From the human T2T-CHM13v2.0 reference genome, Homo sapiens: a DNA stretch of 64,000 nt. The stretch is from the NCBI RefSeq assembly GCF_009914755.1, contig NC_060927.1; one strand, given 5' to 3'. Each line of letters opens with the position of its first letter. The stretch's first letter is position 1. Positions 1 to 17,134 of the stretch are shown piece after piece. The notes under the pieces were generated by a model. It saw nothing but the letters and a program-made list of their open reading frames with translations. It was not told the DNA's origin and made no database searches. The translations under genes were made by a program, and so were the position numbers.

Positions 1-897
1 GCTAACTCTGAGAGGATTGCTAACCCGGTGAGCACCTGCAGACCTCGGCCTCAGTTTCTTCATCTGTTAGATAAGAGTATTTACAGAGGATCATTAAAGT
101 GTTTTGGTGAAAAGTCCATGCACCTCTGAAACCAGCCCAAGCAGATCAAGTTTTGCCCAAGTTGTCCTGTAATGTACACAAAGACCACAGGGTGTCTCTC
201 TACCTAATGCACAGCCTGGAAACCCACACACAGTTCCTAGATCCCATTGCCCCTAATTTTATTGCCTTGACTTTCAGTCACCATTCATTAGAAAGCCGTG
301 TCACCTGAAAGTCCAGACAATAAACCTGAGGGGCAATAATGCAAAATTATGTTTGGTTATTGGCTAGCAGAATAGAAAAGAGAAGGGCTTCTTGGAGAAA
401 TCTATTTGAACACAGCTTTGAATGTATTAGCAAATTTCTAGTTTATAATATAAAGTAACAAGTCACAAATCAAATTTCTATGAAACATCAGGCCACACGA
501 CAGAAATACCATAAAGTAGTCACCAATATTCCATCTGATTCCCTCTCATGAAAAAGAAACCCCAGATAATTATACTTCGAGCATTGTAGAAGTAAGTCAG
601 ATTATTCTCAATCAGAAAAAGATGACCCAAGACAACAAACTCACATCTTAGTTTAACGTAAAAAGCTATCAGAATATATACTCTTCCAAAAATCTAAACC
701 ATAACCAAAATGGAAATCCAATCTATTTTCCAATAATAAGAAGCAAGAGTAAATTTAAAAAAATATAGAAAATGATTTAAACTTTTTATTTATTTTTTTA
801 TTTTTTACAAACAGGCCATCAGATAAGATGGGTGAATTCATTAAAAAGATCCTCACTTGAATGTCTTACAGGTCTTAAACTCAAATAATGTTTTTCA

Positions 898-1140
<243 letters not shown>

Positions 1141-1204
1141 TTAAGAAAAGACAAGTAAATAAAGTCTGTGATCATAGGTTTTAGATAGCGATAAAATGAA
1201 TGTG

Positions 1205-1675
1205 AATTATTTTATTGTGGTAAAACATAAGTAACATAAAGTGTACAATTTTGACCATTTTCAAATGTACATTTCTGGGGCACTAAGCACATCCACACTG
1301 TTGTGCAACCTTCACCACTGTCCATCTCCAGAATTTCTCATCTTCCCCAGCTGAAACTTTGTACCTATTAAACAATAGCTCCCAATTCCCCCTTGCCCCA
1401 ACCCCTGGCAATTATTCTACTTTCCATCTCTATAAATTTGACTATTCTCACTACCTTGTATAAGTGGAATCATACAGTATTTGTCTTTTTGTGACTGGCT
1501 TATTTCAGTTAGCATAATATCATCAAGGTTCATCCACGTTGCAGCATGTGTTAGAATTTCCTTCCTTCTCAAGGTTGAATAATATTCCATTGTGTGTATG
1601 GACCACATTTTGTTTATCTGTTCACCTGTTGATGGGCACCTGGGTTGCTTCTACCTTTTCTATATTGTGAATATG
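1205..1675 (-). mobile_element. Old L1 (L1MA/MB-like) 3' fragment
   Basis: Reverse strand encodes the L1 ORF2 C-terminal relic MWSIHTMEYYS...ATWMNLDDIML, followed by 3'UTR-like sequence. Confidence 0.85.
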
Positions 1676-1829
1676 TTTTTAAACTGCATGAGAAATGGAT
1701 GAAGTGTACCCATGAGGAAGGCACAAAGAATTACATTTGATTACACCAAGGCTTCACAGGGACCAAAAATAGGTGTTAAAAAAAAGTAAGCTTGGTTGTC
1801 AGAAAGGGTAGTATTTTGGGGATACAAGA

Positions 1830-2070
1830 CAAGTGATTAAAAGCAAAAGTCTGAGTCAGACTGCCTAAGTTTGTATCTCATTTCTGCCGCTACTAGTGGT
1901 ATGACCTAGGGCTAGTAGATCAACCTCTCTGAGCTTCGGTTTCCTAATCTGTAAAATGAGGATGATGACATCTACACAGAGTTGCTCTGATGTTTATGAG
2001 AGATAATCTATAGAAAATTGTCTTGTACAGGGCCTGGCATATAATATATACTCAACAAGTAACTGTTAAT
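1830..2070 (+). mobile_element. MIR SINE
   Basis: Core motifs ctctctgagcttcggtttcctaatctgtaaaatgagg and gcctggcatata. Confidence 0.75.
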
Positions 2071-2983
2071 TAGTGAAGTAAGAATGCTCTCAGGATAGCT
2101 TATCTAGTTGATACATATATAACTGCTTAGCCTACATAATGTATACTTTTGTTTTTAAAAGAGAATATTCATGAGGTGAGAAAGTTTGGTCCCAAATGTT
2201 AACTAAGAAAAAAAATGGAAGTCATATATTTCAACAAAAAGGAAGAGCAAATGTTTGGGATATAAACATAGAAGATGTTTAAATCTCTTTGAAAATATAC
2301 AATCATATGGACAGCGATCCTTTTCTAGATGACAAGTTACATATCCTACTGGATATTTGTCAATTCATGCTCTTACTCATATACATCAAGCAGTCAAATG
2401 CATGTGGTAATTCTCTATTTGGGCAGTCCCAGATTTGTTGCGGAAAGAGCTCTAACAGATACGCCAAAGAGAAGGATTCTCCCACTGATGGAAGTGGGGG
2501 TAATCAGTATGCACCTAAAGTAGAATATTAAGTATCCACTTTGCACGGGAGCCCAAGGTAATAACAAAATCAATGTAAATATAACTTAAACCTATGGGAA
2601 TATAGCAGGAATTGATTATTCTGAATATGCCTGTGTATATTTTAATGGAAAAAAATTGGGTCCTAGTGCTCTGTTATAGCAGCAACAGTATAAACAAACT
2701 GTAAGATATAGGAGGCCATTTCAAAGTTTGTCACTTCTAATCTCTGCTGAAACAAAAAAATCTCAATTATTTCTATATATTGATTAAGCAAGTGGTTCTG
2801 TTCCCACATTATATATAATTCATTCCTCAGAATGCCTTGAGAAAATATTTTTTAAAATAGGCAAAGAAACATTTTCCTTTCCATTTTTAGGGCAATGCTC
2901 TCCAAATCCACGGTGACAAATTAACATTAATTTTTTTAGAGCTGTTAATATAATCTCATCACTTCCTGCAATTCCAAGGCTCA

Positions 2984-3178
<195 letters not shown>

Positions 3179-3549
3179 TTACACTCACCCAGACATACTT
3201 TTCAGAATTATAATCACATCTTTCATGTGCTCATAGTGCTCTTCTAACTGTAGGCAATTCATCAATATAAATTAAAGTACCCAGGCAGTCCTTGCAATGC
3301 ATGGTGCTGTGTTTAATGAAATGCTTGCATATTGGATCTGATTATCAGGTATCAGGGAACCACACAAGTAATTATACGGTTCCAACATGAACATGAGTTT
3401 CAGTTAATACTACTGTGAAAAGCGAAGTTTAAACAGTTTAAAATAGAACCATCTACACAGTCTCTGTACAGAAAACTAACCTGATTTAACTGAATCCCTG
3501 CAGGATATTTGAATTTAAAAGTTAAAATTTACATTCTGTTATCCAATTT

Positions 3550-3842
3550 CATTGAATGATTGATTGACTGAGACAGAGCCTTACTCTGTCGCCCAGGCTG
3601 GAGTGCAATGGCGTGGTCTGGGCTCACTGCAACCTCTGTGTCTTGGATTCAAGCGACTGCCTCAGCCTCCAGAGTAGCTGGGATTACAGGTGCCTGCCAC
3701 CACGCCAGGCTAATTTATTTTAGTACAGACAGGGTTTCACCATGTTGGCCAGGCTGGTCTTGAACTCCTGACCTCAGGTGATCCATTCACTTCGGCCTCC
3801 CAAAGTGCTGGGAATCCAGGTGTGAGCCACAGCACCCGGCCT
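3550..3842 (-). mobile_element. AluS-like SINE, tail converted to (ATTG)n
   Basis: Full Alu dimer in reverse. Approximate TSD tgttatccaattt (3537-3549) / tgttatacaattt (3843-3855). Confidence 0.93.
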
Positions 3843-5229
3843 TGTTATACAATTTTAATTAAGCGAAGTAAAATATTTCTCAGACCAGCCAAGAAATTTC
3901 CCATTGGCTTTACCCATTGTGCCTTACATTTAAAAAGGAATACAGTTTCTATTTCTTTTGTTGGCATTCATCACTGTCATTTTTAGTTTATGCTAGTTTA
4001 TGCTATTTGTGACTTTGTGCTCATTATGTGAGAATTATTCAGTGACAACTAAACCTGTTTGTGTTCCATTTCTTCATGAATTACTCTGTTTTTGGCTTCT
4101 TTGTGGTGTGAATTCTTTAACCTACAGACTTACTCTAAAGTAGTCATATATTTTTCAGATAAATTATAATCTAAAATAATCTAAAAATGGAGTCTTAAAG
4201 CAAATTATTTTATGCTAACACCTGATAATTCAATGTATCGGGTCCCCGAGTGTTCTTTATTACCTTTAATTTTTTGTGCTTTTCATCTTCTCCACAACAA
4301 CAAAATCATGGTATGAAAAATGAGGTTGACAGGAAAAGAAACAAACCTAGATATCTGAATTCTCTTGTCAAAGAAATTCAGCATGAGAGTACAGAGGTCC
4401 AAAAAGACCCACATATACATTTAGAGATATCAGAAAACATAAACCATGTTATAGAAGGGTTTGAGGCACTGGTTTAGGTCTTAAAAAATTGCCTTTCTTA
4501 TCTGTTCAGTTTGTCACAGGGTAGGCATCAGGGGTTTAAATGTGTGGTTTTCACAAAATTTATGTACCCCATAAATCCTTAAGAGAGGGACTGAAGATCC
4601 CTTTCCCTCTTTCACTACTGAAGTGGTTGAAAGCAGATACCAGAGCATGGAAGTGAGCCAAAAGTTCTTTTAATGAGATCATACAATGCATGGAGGTCAC
4701 CTCCAAAACCTCTTGTGGCCAGAGACCTTTGGGTGATCAAATGTCTCTTCCAGTGAGTCATGTCTGAAATGCTGGTATCATTTCGGAGAATATACTGGAA
4801 AAAGGAGGAAAGCCATTGTTTCCACACATTGAGAATGTGTGAAAGGTATTGAGAGATGCTCATGTGATGAAACATCCCTGCTGCTTTTAGAACCATGAAG
4901 ATTAGATCAAATGACTGATCCTCTGTAGGGTTCCCCAGCAGTGCAGAAAGGCATATTGGGCAGAACCAGCCCTAGAGACCTGACAGGTTCTTGGCAGCCA
5001 CTGAGTGGTCAGGATGACTAAATAATCCATTATGCTCTATCTGAATGAGCAAAATTTTAAGTCAGAAATTCAAAGTAAGTTTGCACAATGGCACATCAAA
5101 ACAGAGATAAACGTCAGATGTGAAGGAAATCAGCAGCCAGGCCTCCTTGTTTCCCCTCAAATTTTGTGTTATGTTCTGTTTAAGAACACAAAACATATAA
5201 TTTATATTTTTGCCTATCCCAAGCCATGG

Positions 5230-5860
5230 ATGTATGTGTTTTTTCTTAAGTGCTTTAATTTTTATATTTTTCCCATTTATATCTATAACCCAGCTGGAAT
5301 AAATTTTTGAATATGGTATGTAGCAGGTGTCAGGTTTCATGTTTTCTTATGGATATTCAATTGATCAAGTACTATTTACTGATAAAAGAACCCTTTCCTT
5401 TGACACAGACCAGGTATCATCCATATGATGTGGGTCTGTTCCTGGACCCTTGATTCTGTTCCTTTGGCCATTGTCTAATCTTGTAACAATACTACTCTGT
5501 CTTAATTTATTAGTAGCTTTATAATAAATCCTGATAACTGGTAGCATAAATTCTCCAGCTTTGCTCTTCTTCTTCAAGATTGCCTTGGTTATTCTTGGCC
5601 CTTTGCATTTCTATATAATGTTTGAAAATCAGCTTTATAAATTTCCACAAATATACCTATAGGAATTTTAATTGGAAGTTCAATGAAACCATGGATCAAA
5701 CTGGGTAGAAATGATGTCTTTAGAATATTGGGTAATCTGTGAAATAATGTACACCTCCATTTATTAAGGTCTTCTTTAATATTTCTCAGTGATATTTTGT
5801 AGTTTTCAGGATAGAAGTCATTCACATCAATGTTATAATTTTAAAATTCCATTTTCTATT
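5230..5860 (-). mobile_element. Old L1 ORF2 fragment
   Basis: Reverse ORFs 5365..5577 and 5589..5825 carry L1 ORF2-like peptides (ENYKISLRNIKEDLNKWR; KKKSKAGEFMLP...YYKAT). Confidence 0.8.
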
Positions 5861-6777
5861 TGCCTTTTGCCTAATTTGGTTTGCATTTAATGAACAGACA
5901 TCGTCTTCTTATGCCTTCCTTCTTTTTTAACTTCTATCCATTTCATCCATCCACCCAAAGCATACAATCTATCTCTCAAAGGCATATCTTGAACACACAG
6001 TAAAAAAGTTTTAACTTTTGTTGCCTTAAATTAAGAAGGCAGAGCTTATAAATAAATAACAATGGCCAGGAAGATTTAATAAGAATGCTCAGTAGACATA
6101 TAATAACCTCCATATTAGTAGGAAGGGATGATTAAGCTAGTCTGAATGAACTAAAATATGCCCAGTTACTTTCTTCTTCCTGAACTCAGCTCAGCAAATA
6201 TGATACTATTGTCTAGATTTCCTGATTGGGGGATGTGTGGGAAAACTGGGCAAACAGGCAGTCTTGTTCAGCTATTTTGATTAGTTTAAGTGATTAGGTC
6301 ACAAAGATTTTTTTTAAAGGTAAAATCGGTTAAACTAGGTTGTATGTATAGGAATGACTAAAGTCACACAATCCTTATAAACTTTATATGGTGGGAAGGT
6401 ATTACACCATTAGGGATAATATATTAATTGTGAACTTTCACAAACAGATAACTTAAATGAGTGATTAAAATATCTCATAAAATAATTCATTTCCTAAGTG
6501 GAACACTGTCTTTATGATCTAAAATCAGGTTTCTAATTGGAAACAGCATTGAAAATGAATCCCTTGTTAAGAGAAATCACCCAATGTCAACCTAAATGAA
6601 AATATGCTCATGGCCTATCTCCAGAATGGCGCTCACTTCCATCAGAGCAGACCTTCACACCAAACTACCACTACCACCACCACCACCACTGATAGGATAA
6701 ACTTTTAAAGGGTTTTTGATATGCTTATGAATTTCACTAGAAAGTCAGAAAAAAATTCAATCCCTCATAAGATATCA

Positions 6778-6963
<186 letters not shown>

Positions 6964-8149
6964 TTATTTTAATGATGCTTCACTGCTTCCATTAAGTTGG
7001 GGTAAGAAAGCACAAGCAATTGGCTGCTTTGGAATGCCATTCCTGCAAAGAAAAAGTTATCATAAAACAATATATAAAACACAAGCTTTTACCTTCATGT
7101 ACTCCCAAAATGATATAAAGGAAACATTATTTTTAAATTTTTCAACCTGTAAGTTATATTTGAAAATTGAGGAAACTCTCCATATTCTAAGTATTTTTTT
7201 TTAATGGGAGTAGGTAGGTGACTCAGACAAAATTGAGAATATCTCTGTTTTAACTCAGCAGTCAAATTTTCACATAAAAGTAGGATTATTCCCCTATCAG
7301 AAAGAACTGTGGTTCTCTAGGTGTCCCAACTTAGGGTTACAAAAGTGCACACTGTTTATGTTACTGGTTTGTAAGTGGCACTGTAAGCTGTCAGTGTGGG
7401 AACTATCTGTTTTTAATTAACTTCAGCGAATGTTCCCAGGAGGTTGGACACATCAAATAAATTCAATAAACAATAAACTCTAATTTAGCACCTTTCATGC
7501 AAAAGCTCCAAGCACTCTATAAATATAAACTCATTACACTACTTAGCAACTTATAAAATAGGCAGAAAATAAACATCACCCTTACTCAATGGGGATGTAG
7601 AGACCATTTGAGAAAAAAGCCATCTATGTGCTTTTACATGCATTTTCTAGGCTTAGAAAAACACATCCATTTCCAGACTTTTACCTTCAAAAATATCTTC
7701 AACAAAGATCACCTTATTAGGTACTTATATATTTTTTATAATTATATGAAAAGAATTCAGAATAACTAGCAATCAATTCCTGACTTAGTAGTAGAGACAG
7801 AACTAAAATGGAGCCACAATAAAACCACATTGATGGCTTTGGCTTTGTCCAAATCTACATTCCTGATATCAGCACTATGTTTCCAGGTCCTAAAAGATAC
7901 CTCATCAGGCTCCAAAATCTTCAGGCAGAAATTATATTTTCTTTTTCTTTGTATACCTAATAGAAACTAAATAAAATCTCATGAAACTCATTTCATGAGT
8001 GAGTTTCCAAAGCCTGTTCTGACTTGTCTTCTTATGATTCCACAACGGCTAGGGAAACCTTCCCACCTTCTCCAAGAAGCCAAGGAAGTTTCAAGACCTA
8101 TAAGTGCTTATAGGGAAATTTGGGAAGTGCCACAAGTAGACTACATTCC

Positions 8150-9460
<1,311 letters not shown>

Positions 9461-9464
9461 GTTT

Positions 9465-10880
9465 CTTCTACAAATAGTGCTGAGACAACTGGATATTCAC
9501 ATGCAAAAAAATGATGTTAAACCTTTACCTCACACCCTATACAAAAATATTAACTCAAAATGGATCAAAGACCTAAATATAAGAGCTAACACTATCAAAC
9601 TTTCAGGAGAAACCATAGGGGTAACTCTCCTTGACCTTAGATTTAGCAATGGCTTCTTAGATATGACAACAAATGCACAAGCACCAAAATAAAAAAAAAA
9701 GAAAAAATTAATTTTATCAAAATTATAAGCATTTGTGAATGAAAGGACACTATCAAGACTGTGAAAAGACAGCCCACAGAATGGGAAAAGTATTTGCAAA
9801 TCATATATCTGATAAAGGTCTACTATCCAGAATATATAAAGAACTCTTACAACTCAATAACAGAAAGACAAGCAACCCAATTTAAAAATGGGCAAAGGAC
9901 TTGAATAGACATTCCTCCAAAGAAGATATACAAATGGCTAACAATGACATGTAGAAAGGCTTGATGTCATTAGTCATTAGGAAAATACAAACCAAAACCA
10001 CAATGAGATATCACTTTACATCTACTAGGATGGATGTTAATTTAAGAAGAAAAAAGGCAGAAAATCACAAGTATTGGTGAGGATGTGGGGAAACTGGAAC
10101 CTCTATACATTGCTAATGGTAATGTAAAATGGTATAGTTACTGCGGTGAACAGTTAATGGGTTCCTCAATAAGTTACACACAGAATTGACACATGACTCA
10201 GCAATTCCACTTCTAGAAGTATACTCAAAAGAATTGAAAACAGGTGTTCAAACAAAAACTTGTACATGAGTGTTCAAAGTAGCACTATTCACAATAGACA
10301 AAAAGCAGAAAAAAACAAAATGTCTATCAACAGAAGAACAGGTACACAAAATGTGGGATATCCATACAATAAAATATTATTCAGCCATGGAAAGGAATGA
10401 AATACTGATGCATGATATGTGGATGAATCACGTAAAACATTATGCTAAGTAAAAGAGAAGCCAGACTGAGGCAGGAGAATGGCTTGAACCCAGGAGGCGG
10501 AGCTTGCAGTGAGCCGAGATTGCACCACTGTGCTCCAGCCTGGGTGACAGAGCCAGACTCCGTCTCAAAAAAAAAAAAAGAGAAGCCAGACAAAAAAGGC
10601 CATATATTGTATGATTCCATTTACATGAAATATCCAAAATAGGCAATCCATAGAGACAGAAGCAGACTAGTGGATGCCAGGGACTGGGTGTAGGGGGTAA
10701 CAGGAATGACTACTTAATGGGTACACAGTGTTCTTTCGGGGTGATGGAAATGTTCTGGCACTAGATACTCATGATGGTTGCATAACATTGTGACTATATT
10801 TAATGATAATGAGTTATACATTCTAAAGTAGTTAAAATTTAGGTAAATTTTATGTTTATGTTACCAAAATTTTAAAAAAT
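9465..10880 (+). mobile_element. L1MB-like 3' fragment (ORF2 end plus 3'UTR), interrupted by a truncated Alu
   Basis: Peptide relic KNINSKWIKDLNIRANTIKL; atttgcaaatcatatatctgataaagg; 3'UTR ggggtgatggaaatgttctgg. Confidence 0.88.
10466..10579 (+). mobile_element. 5'-truncated Alu (right-arm 3' end) with perfect TSD
   Basis: ctgaggcaggagaatggcttgaacc...ccgtctc plus poly(A). TSD aaaagagaagccagac at 10451-10466 and 10576-10591. Confidence 0.92.
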
Positions 10881-11759
10881 GACATGTTTTGTTTCAAAAT
10901 AACTAGAAGGGGCAACATAGATGGACATGTGGATGGGGTGGAACTGGCCACTGATTAAAGGCTGTTGGGGCTAGTTTTGGGTGCATAGGTGTTCATTATA
11001 CTGTTCTGCCTATTTTTGTGTATTTTTAGGATTCTCCACAATACAAAGTTAAAGAAAGTCCCATTATATAGCAAATCAGGGTTCAATGCCAGCAGGATGG
11101 ACCAAAGAAACATCTTTTGATAGCAGGAAATGAATATTTTCCCGAGTGAGCAAAACATGTTTGTGTCCCTTCTCTAAATCCCATTTTGAAAAGTACATTG
11201 ACCAGGCCTCCTGTGAATACATCCATTGCTCCTGTATCAGCTGGGGAAAATGTCCCACCACTGAGCTTTATTAGGCCATGTAATTATAGCTCCCAAGGAA
11301 GGCAATGGAAGCCCAGTGACTCGAGTCTTTCAAAATTAGATTGGACAACATACTTTCAAATATTCAGTAGGAAACAATCCTACTCTAGCCAGGCACTACT
11401 GTCAGTGATTTCTATAATTTGCTTTCCCATTCAGCTCCAGCTGAAGGCTGCTAAATTCTTTTCCTCTCACTATGGAACAAAATGATTGTTAAATTATATA
11501 ATGGGATTTAAAAAAAAAAAAGAAAAAAAACAGCACTTGCTAGCAATTGGTTCCTACAGCCACACAGCAATGCTGATAATTACCGCCACCACACAGCAGG
11601 GATCCTCCCTCCCCATAAGTAACCTCATCACATTAATAAACAGAAACAGAGCTCAACATGCCAAGCTCAGCAGTGATAAGTCAATAACTTCACATCTCAC
11701 TAGTAAGAAATAATGGGTCATTAAAATTCTCCCTGAAAGAAAGTTCTCAAAGAGTTTAT

Positions 11760-12130
11760 ACTGGGATAATAATACTTTCTAACATTTACTGAGAATTTAC
11801 CATGTGCCAGGCACTGGGTGAAGCGATTTACAAATGCTTCGTTAATTCTTCTTCACCTAACTTCCTTTTTCTGTATTTGGAAATAGAGCTTACAGTCTGC
11901 ACTTTATCCATAGTCTACACTCATTAAGTAACTTGAGCAGGGTGAAAGCACGTTGCTCTCTCAATTACTAGTTATGTGTCCTTGGGTATGTTCCCTAACC
12001 ACCCTGGGCTTAGCAATGTCTCTCTCCCCACCACTACCACTATGATAAAATACAAAATAAAAGCATCAACCTTACAGGTTTGATGTGAACATTAATTGTG
12101 ACTATGGATATAATGCTGCTAGCAGCCAAA
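11760..12130. mobile_element. MIR fragments
   Basis: catttactgagaatttaccatgtgccaggcactg (reverse orientation) and tatgtgtccttgggtatgttccctaacc (forward). Confidence 0.6.
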
Positions 12131-13408
12131 AATCTCAAGATGTATTTATGATGTTTCTATTCTTTGGTCTATTTTGCATTTATAAAAATGCGAAAAGAAA
12201 GAGTTTCTGACATGGAAGATAGCATCAATACCTCCCCAGTGTCCACTTCACTTGGATGGTGAAGAGACAGGGCTGAAAGATATTTGTAAAAGGCACTGGG
12301 CACATTTTTCTAAAACCTCTATTAATGAAAAAGCACCAGAGACACATGTTTTTGTTTTTGTTTTTGTTTTACATTTGTACCACACAGCAAGAAGACACAG
12401 TGGTGCATTCCAGGGCAATGGATCTTTTTATTTGGAAGGCAGGGGTGATAGGGGGTGGAGGAATTTTAAAGGAATCTAACATTTGAAATTTTCACTCAAC
12501 ACCGCCTAAATAAATAACTGGGTCAGAAACTTAAATAAACATGCATACCACTTGAGAAGAAAGAAGGAAGGTCAAGTTGAAGGTGGTTGGGGGCAGGATG
12601 AGGACTAGGCCTGAGCCTGGAGGAGGTGTCCAAAAAAAGCACAGTGTGGAGCAACCAACTTATTAGAGAAAAGAATTGCTTGGATTATTTAGACATGGGT
12701 AATTATTACTATCTAAATAACAAAGGTTAATTTTTAAAAGCCAAAGAGTTCTGACACTTCACAATTTGCATGGTTGATTGTCAGCAGTTTTTGTCAGTTG
12801 TCATGTTTCTCGTAGGATGTTTTCTCATAGAGGTTGGTCAGGGGTTACTTAGTATGCCTTCCTGTGCTTCTCCCCTCTCCAGGACAATATTTAAGTAAAG
12901 GGTCCTCAGCCTCAGCTGATTCCAGAAGACATTTCAGAATACTGAGTCAGCGCTTGAGGTTATCTCTTCACAAGAGACAGGGGGCCTTTAGCATGGAATC
13001 ACCAGATGTGGTGGCTTCTAAACTTCCCTTTCCTGCCCTAATAACCTCTAAAAGAATTTTAAAAGATTTAGTCTCAAAGGCAGTCAAAGGTTTGGATGAT
13101 TCCTGGGGTCCCTAAAGTATTCACTCCCTTGCTAGTTTATTGGTTTTAAGTTCCTGTAATGAGAAACGAACTCTTAGGATGTTATTTCACAATTGCAGAT
13201 ACTTACCCAGAATACCCTGACAGGAACTAATTCCTCCCAAATGTCACTAGTCAGTCACCCACAAGAATAAATGACTACTAACAGATCCCTTCTCTTTTAT
13301 GGTAAAAGGAGGGGTTGGAGGCAGGGGGCAGGAAGAGGTGCAAGCGGGAAGATTAAGGTCTTCCTAAAGTGAGAAGGGTTTGCACCAAGCAGTTTAAAAG
13401 GCACCCTA

Positions 13409-13849
<441 letters not shown>

Positions 13850-16800
13850 TCATCTGCATGATTTATGATGGTGGAAACAAAGTCCAAACTCAGTAACTTT
13901 GGTACAGAAGGCTGCTTTATGTGCAAAAGGTAGGTTAAGTCTCAAAATATAAAATGTGTGTATAGAAATACAAAATACAAAAATTGGTAGGTATACATTT
14001 GAATACATGTATCATTTCAATCAATTGAAGTAAAGCTTGGGGATTTCAAACCTTAAAAAGCAACTTTAATGGCCTTTTACATTCATTTTTAAACTAGCAT
14101 GTACTATCTATCTATCTATATATAAACTCTTGGCTTCTGAATTATATTTTTCGACTGGGAAAGAGAATGCTTGAACTATAAATTTTAAGACTTCCAAAGA
14201 CAAAAAGATGAGTTCCAAGGATGGGAAGTGTCCTAGACTTTGTAATAAAGCTTCTGGATAGTGAACAACTCTCTACCTTGAACATGGCAAAGACAGTTTG
14301 AATATACCGAGCCAACTAGTATTTTTAGCAACAACAAGTCTGCCCAAAGGACAGGCCCACTACAAATGCTCAAGTCGCCTATGTCTCAAGAGACAGACAA
14401 CCCAGAGTCAGTACGATAGCATTTAAAGAAACGTTACGGACATTAGCTGCATCTTGTATTTGGTGTCTGGACTCAAATTCCACAGTATGAATGCAAAATT
14501 TTCTGCATATATATATGTTTTTTTTTTGGTAGGAGTAAGTCACTACATGTCAATTTTGTCCAAAGATCCAATCATAGAAGCTAACTTTAAGGTTGAAGAA
14601 ATTTGCAACTCTGCATCTCGGAATGTTACACCCAAATAGAAGAATGTGGGGTGAGGAATGGTGAGCCAGTTTTCAGACAGGTTGAAAATAGGAAAAGAAA
14701 ATAAATTGCTAGCTTTAGAGCATTTAGGACTAATCATCTTGATTGCTGAAGATTTTGAGAAACACAATATAAATAGGAACATAGACTTTGGCTCAAAAGT
14801 TATCTAAAAAAAGGAATCAAAAGGGTTGTATGGACCATTAGCAAAATAACTTTGGGTACATATCAAGTCTTCCTTTTGCTTAGATGAAAAGAAGTTTAAA
14901 CAAAGTTCAAATGAAATTCTTTGGGACAAAAGAAGAGATCAATTGCACATTCTTATCAAAGAATCACCCATTAATTCATAAAATAGCTCTATTAAAGCTC
15001 AACACACACCAGTTGCAAGGTATTAAGTTACGTGTAGCTTCAGATCTGTGTTTGTATCTACGTAACTTACCTTGTGTCTCTATAGGTCTTGCAATGTGGC
15101 AGCTCTGAAACTGGGAGACTGTTTACAATCATTCCTCTTACCATGTTAGGCATATCTATATTTGCCAAATTCAACCTTTTAAAAATTTCTGCTCACAAAT
15201 AACAAGACTAAATAACTCCTCCAGACAAGTGACGTAGGCTCTGTATATGAAGGAAAGGAGCTGTTTACTTATAAAAGTAACAAACACTAATCAAAACAAG
15301 TTTTAAAAGCCTCATTTCTGATACACAGCATTAACAAAAGATAAATTTTAACTGTTCAAAGGATTCAGCTATGAGTGGTTAATTTTTTTTTTTTCCTACA
15401 ACCTCCACGTCACACAAGGGTGGTTAAATTTTTAATGGCATTATCTGCAGTACCTAACATTTAAATGTTAAAACAATCAAAATTGAAGTGGGCATTATTT
15501 TTACCAAGCCAAGACGCTATAACAATGTAAATCCAAAATACTGCAGAATTAGGTTTAGGAGTTGTGGCCAACATCAATGCAGAGTCTAAAAAGGACCTTT
15601 CATGGGTAGTTGAATGAGTTTGTTTCTTAGTTCATCCCAGTATCTTATTCTGAGACGATCTTACACAGGGGCTGGGCAAGTAATGTGAATACATGAAATT
15701 GAGTATGTATGGAAGACAACAGGGGATGTTGGGGCCTCTGGTGCAAATTTGATATGTGCCCTCTAAACAGCTGGTACACTGCTCTAAAATACTGCTACTA
15801 TTTGAAATTTCAGGCCCAATATTTCTAGATCATTTTATTTTTCAAAACTTTTCAAGAATCCAGACTTTTCTGTGAAACTGCTCAAATTTTCTAATGTTGG
15901 CATAATTAAACCACCACCACCTTATGTGAACCAAACTCAACATATTTATCATGGCAGCATTTAGCCTCTAGGCTGCCAGTTTGCCAACTAAGAACTAGTC
16001 TAATATTATCATTTTTATAAAGTAGAATCCAAATGCCAGACACATTGGTTCTCCCGAGGTTTGACTCTGGGTCTCCAGATTCCCAGGCTGTCAGAATCTT
16101 TGTCCTTAAAACGCACACGGTATAATTTCTTAAGTCTTGGCTCTGCAAGTGTACCGTGTGAAAACTTGATGAATAGATTATTGAGCCGCTACAGGGCAAA
16201 AATCTGCTATCTTACTTGACCACCCTACATTTCAGAAGATGATTACAAATTTATTTCCTGTTACGAGATATTCTAGCCCTGTATTATGGTGGTATCAAAA
16301 AAGACAGCAAAATATGTGTGAGTTCACATTGTAATTTTTGAGAAATTAGTTAATTTACTAAACAGTATTTCTCCCTCCCTCCCAGTGTCTGAATGGCATG
16401 CAGCAAAATGGAGAGCCTCTCATCACTGATAGGCAGCAGAATGAGATGTTGTGTGTCAGAGCTTGCCTTGTTTCCGAGAGATCAGAATCTTTATTGAAAG
16501 GGCTCCCTTTTTTGATTTCCGGATCAGACCCTGAGCAGTTGATAAAGGAGAATTACTTGGCCATTATCTGAAGTAGTTGTATTTCCACAAAGAGCTAGTG
16601 CTAAACAAGAGTTTATCTCTACAACAAGACTGATAGGATTCGTACAGATTATAATTCAATCAGACACCTGAAACAGGACATACATTGGCTAGTGGGATAT
16701 ATGCAAACCTGTCCTCCAGCCATAGCAAAATAAATATCTGGGGAATATTTCATGTAGTCTGAATACAGAGAATAAATGTTAGAAAGTGCTGCTTTTAGTT

Positions 16801-17134
16801 GCTTTAGGCCATGCCTCTATATAATTCATAATATTTTTATACAAACGTAATCCTAACAAAATGCCACTAGTCTGAAGAGTCAACTATCTATGACCTTTGC
16901 AATTATTTGATAAAACATTCCCAAAGCACCTAACGCACTTTTCAAAATGTATTTCTTAGAGTTTACAGCACTCTTATTAGTAGCTAACAGGTCTTACTTG
17001 CTCTTTGAATATTGGGTAAATAGAGGAGTACAGATTAAAGGTGAAGTTAAACTAAATTTATTTAAACATAAATCTTCAATCCTATTTAGAACATCAGCTT
17101 CTGATATCAGAACTATTTTTCATGACCAAAGGAG

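Noticed and set aside
7978-8114. Small hairpins ctcatgaaa/tttcatgag and cctataag/cttatagg
   Set aside because: Stems of 8-9 bp are expected occasionally by chance; there is no independent support.
15665-15990. Possible hAT-Charlie relic (and a Tigger-like stretch at ~3280-3430)
   Set aside because: Only weak end similarity; too degraded to call without a Dfam search.
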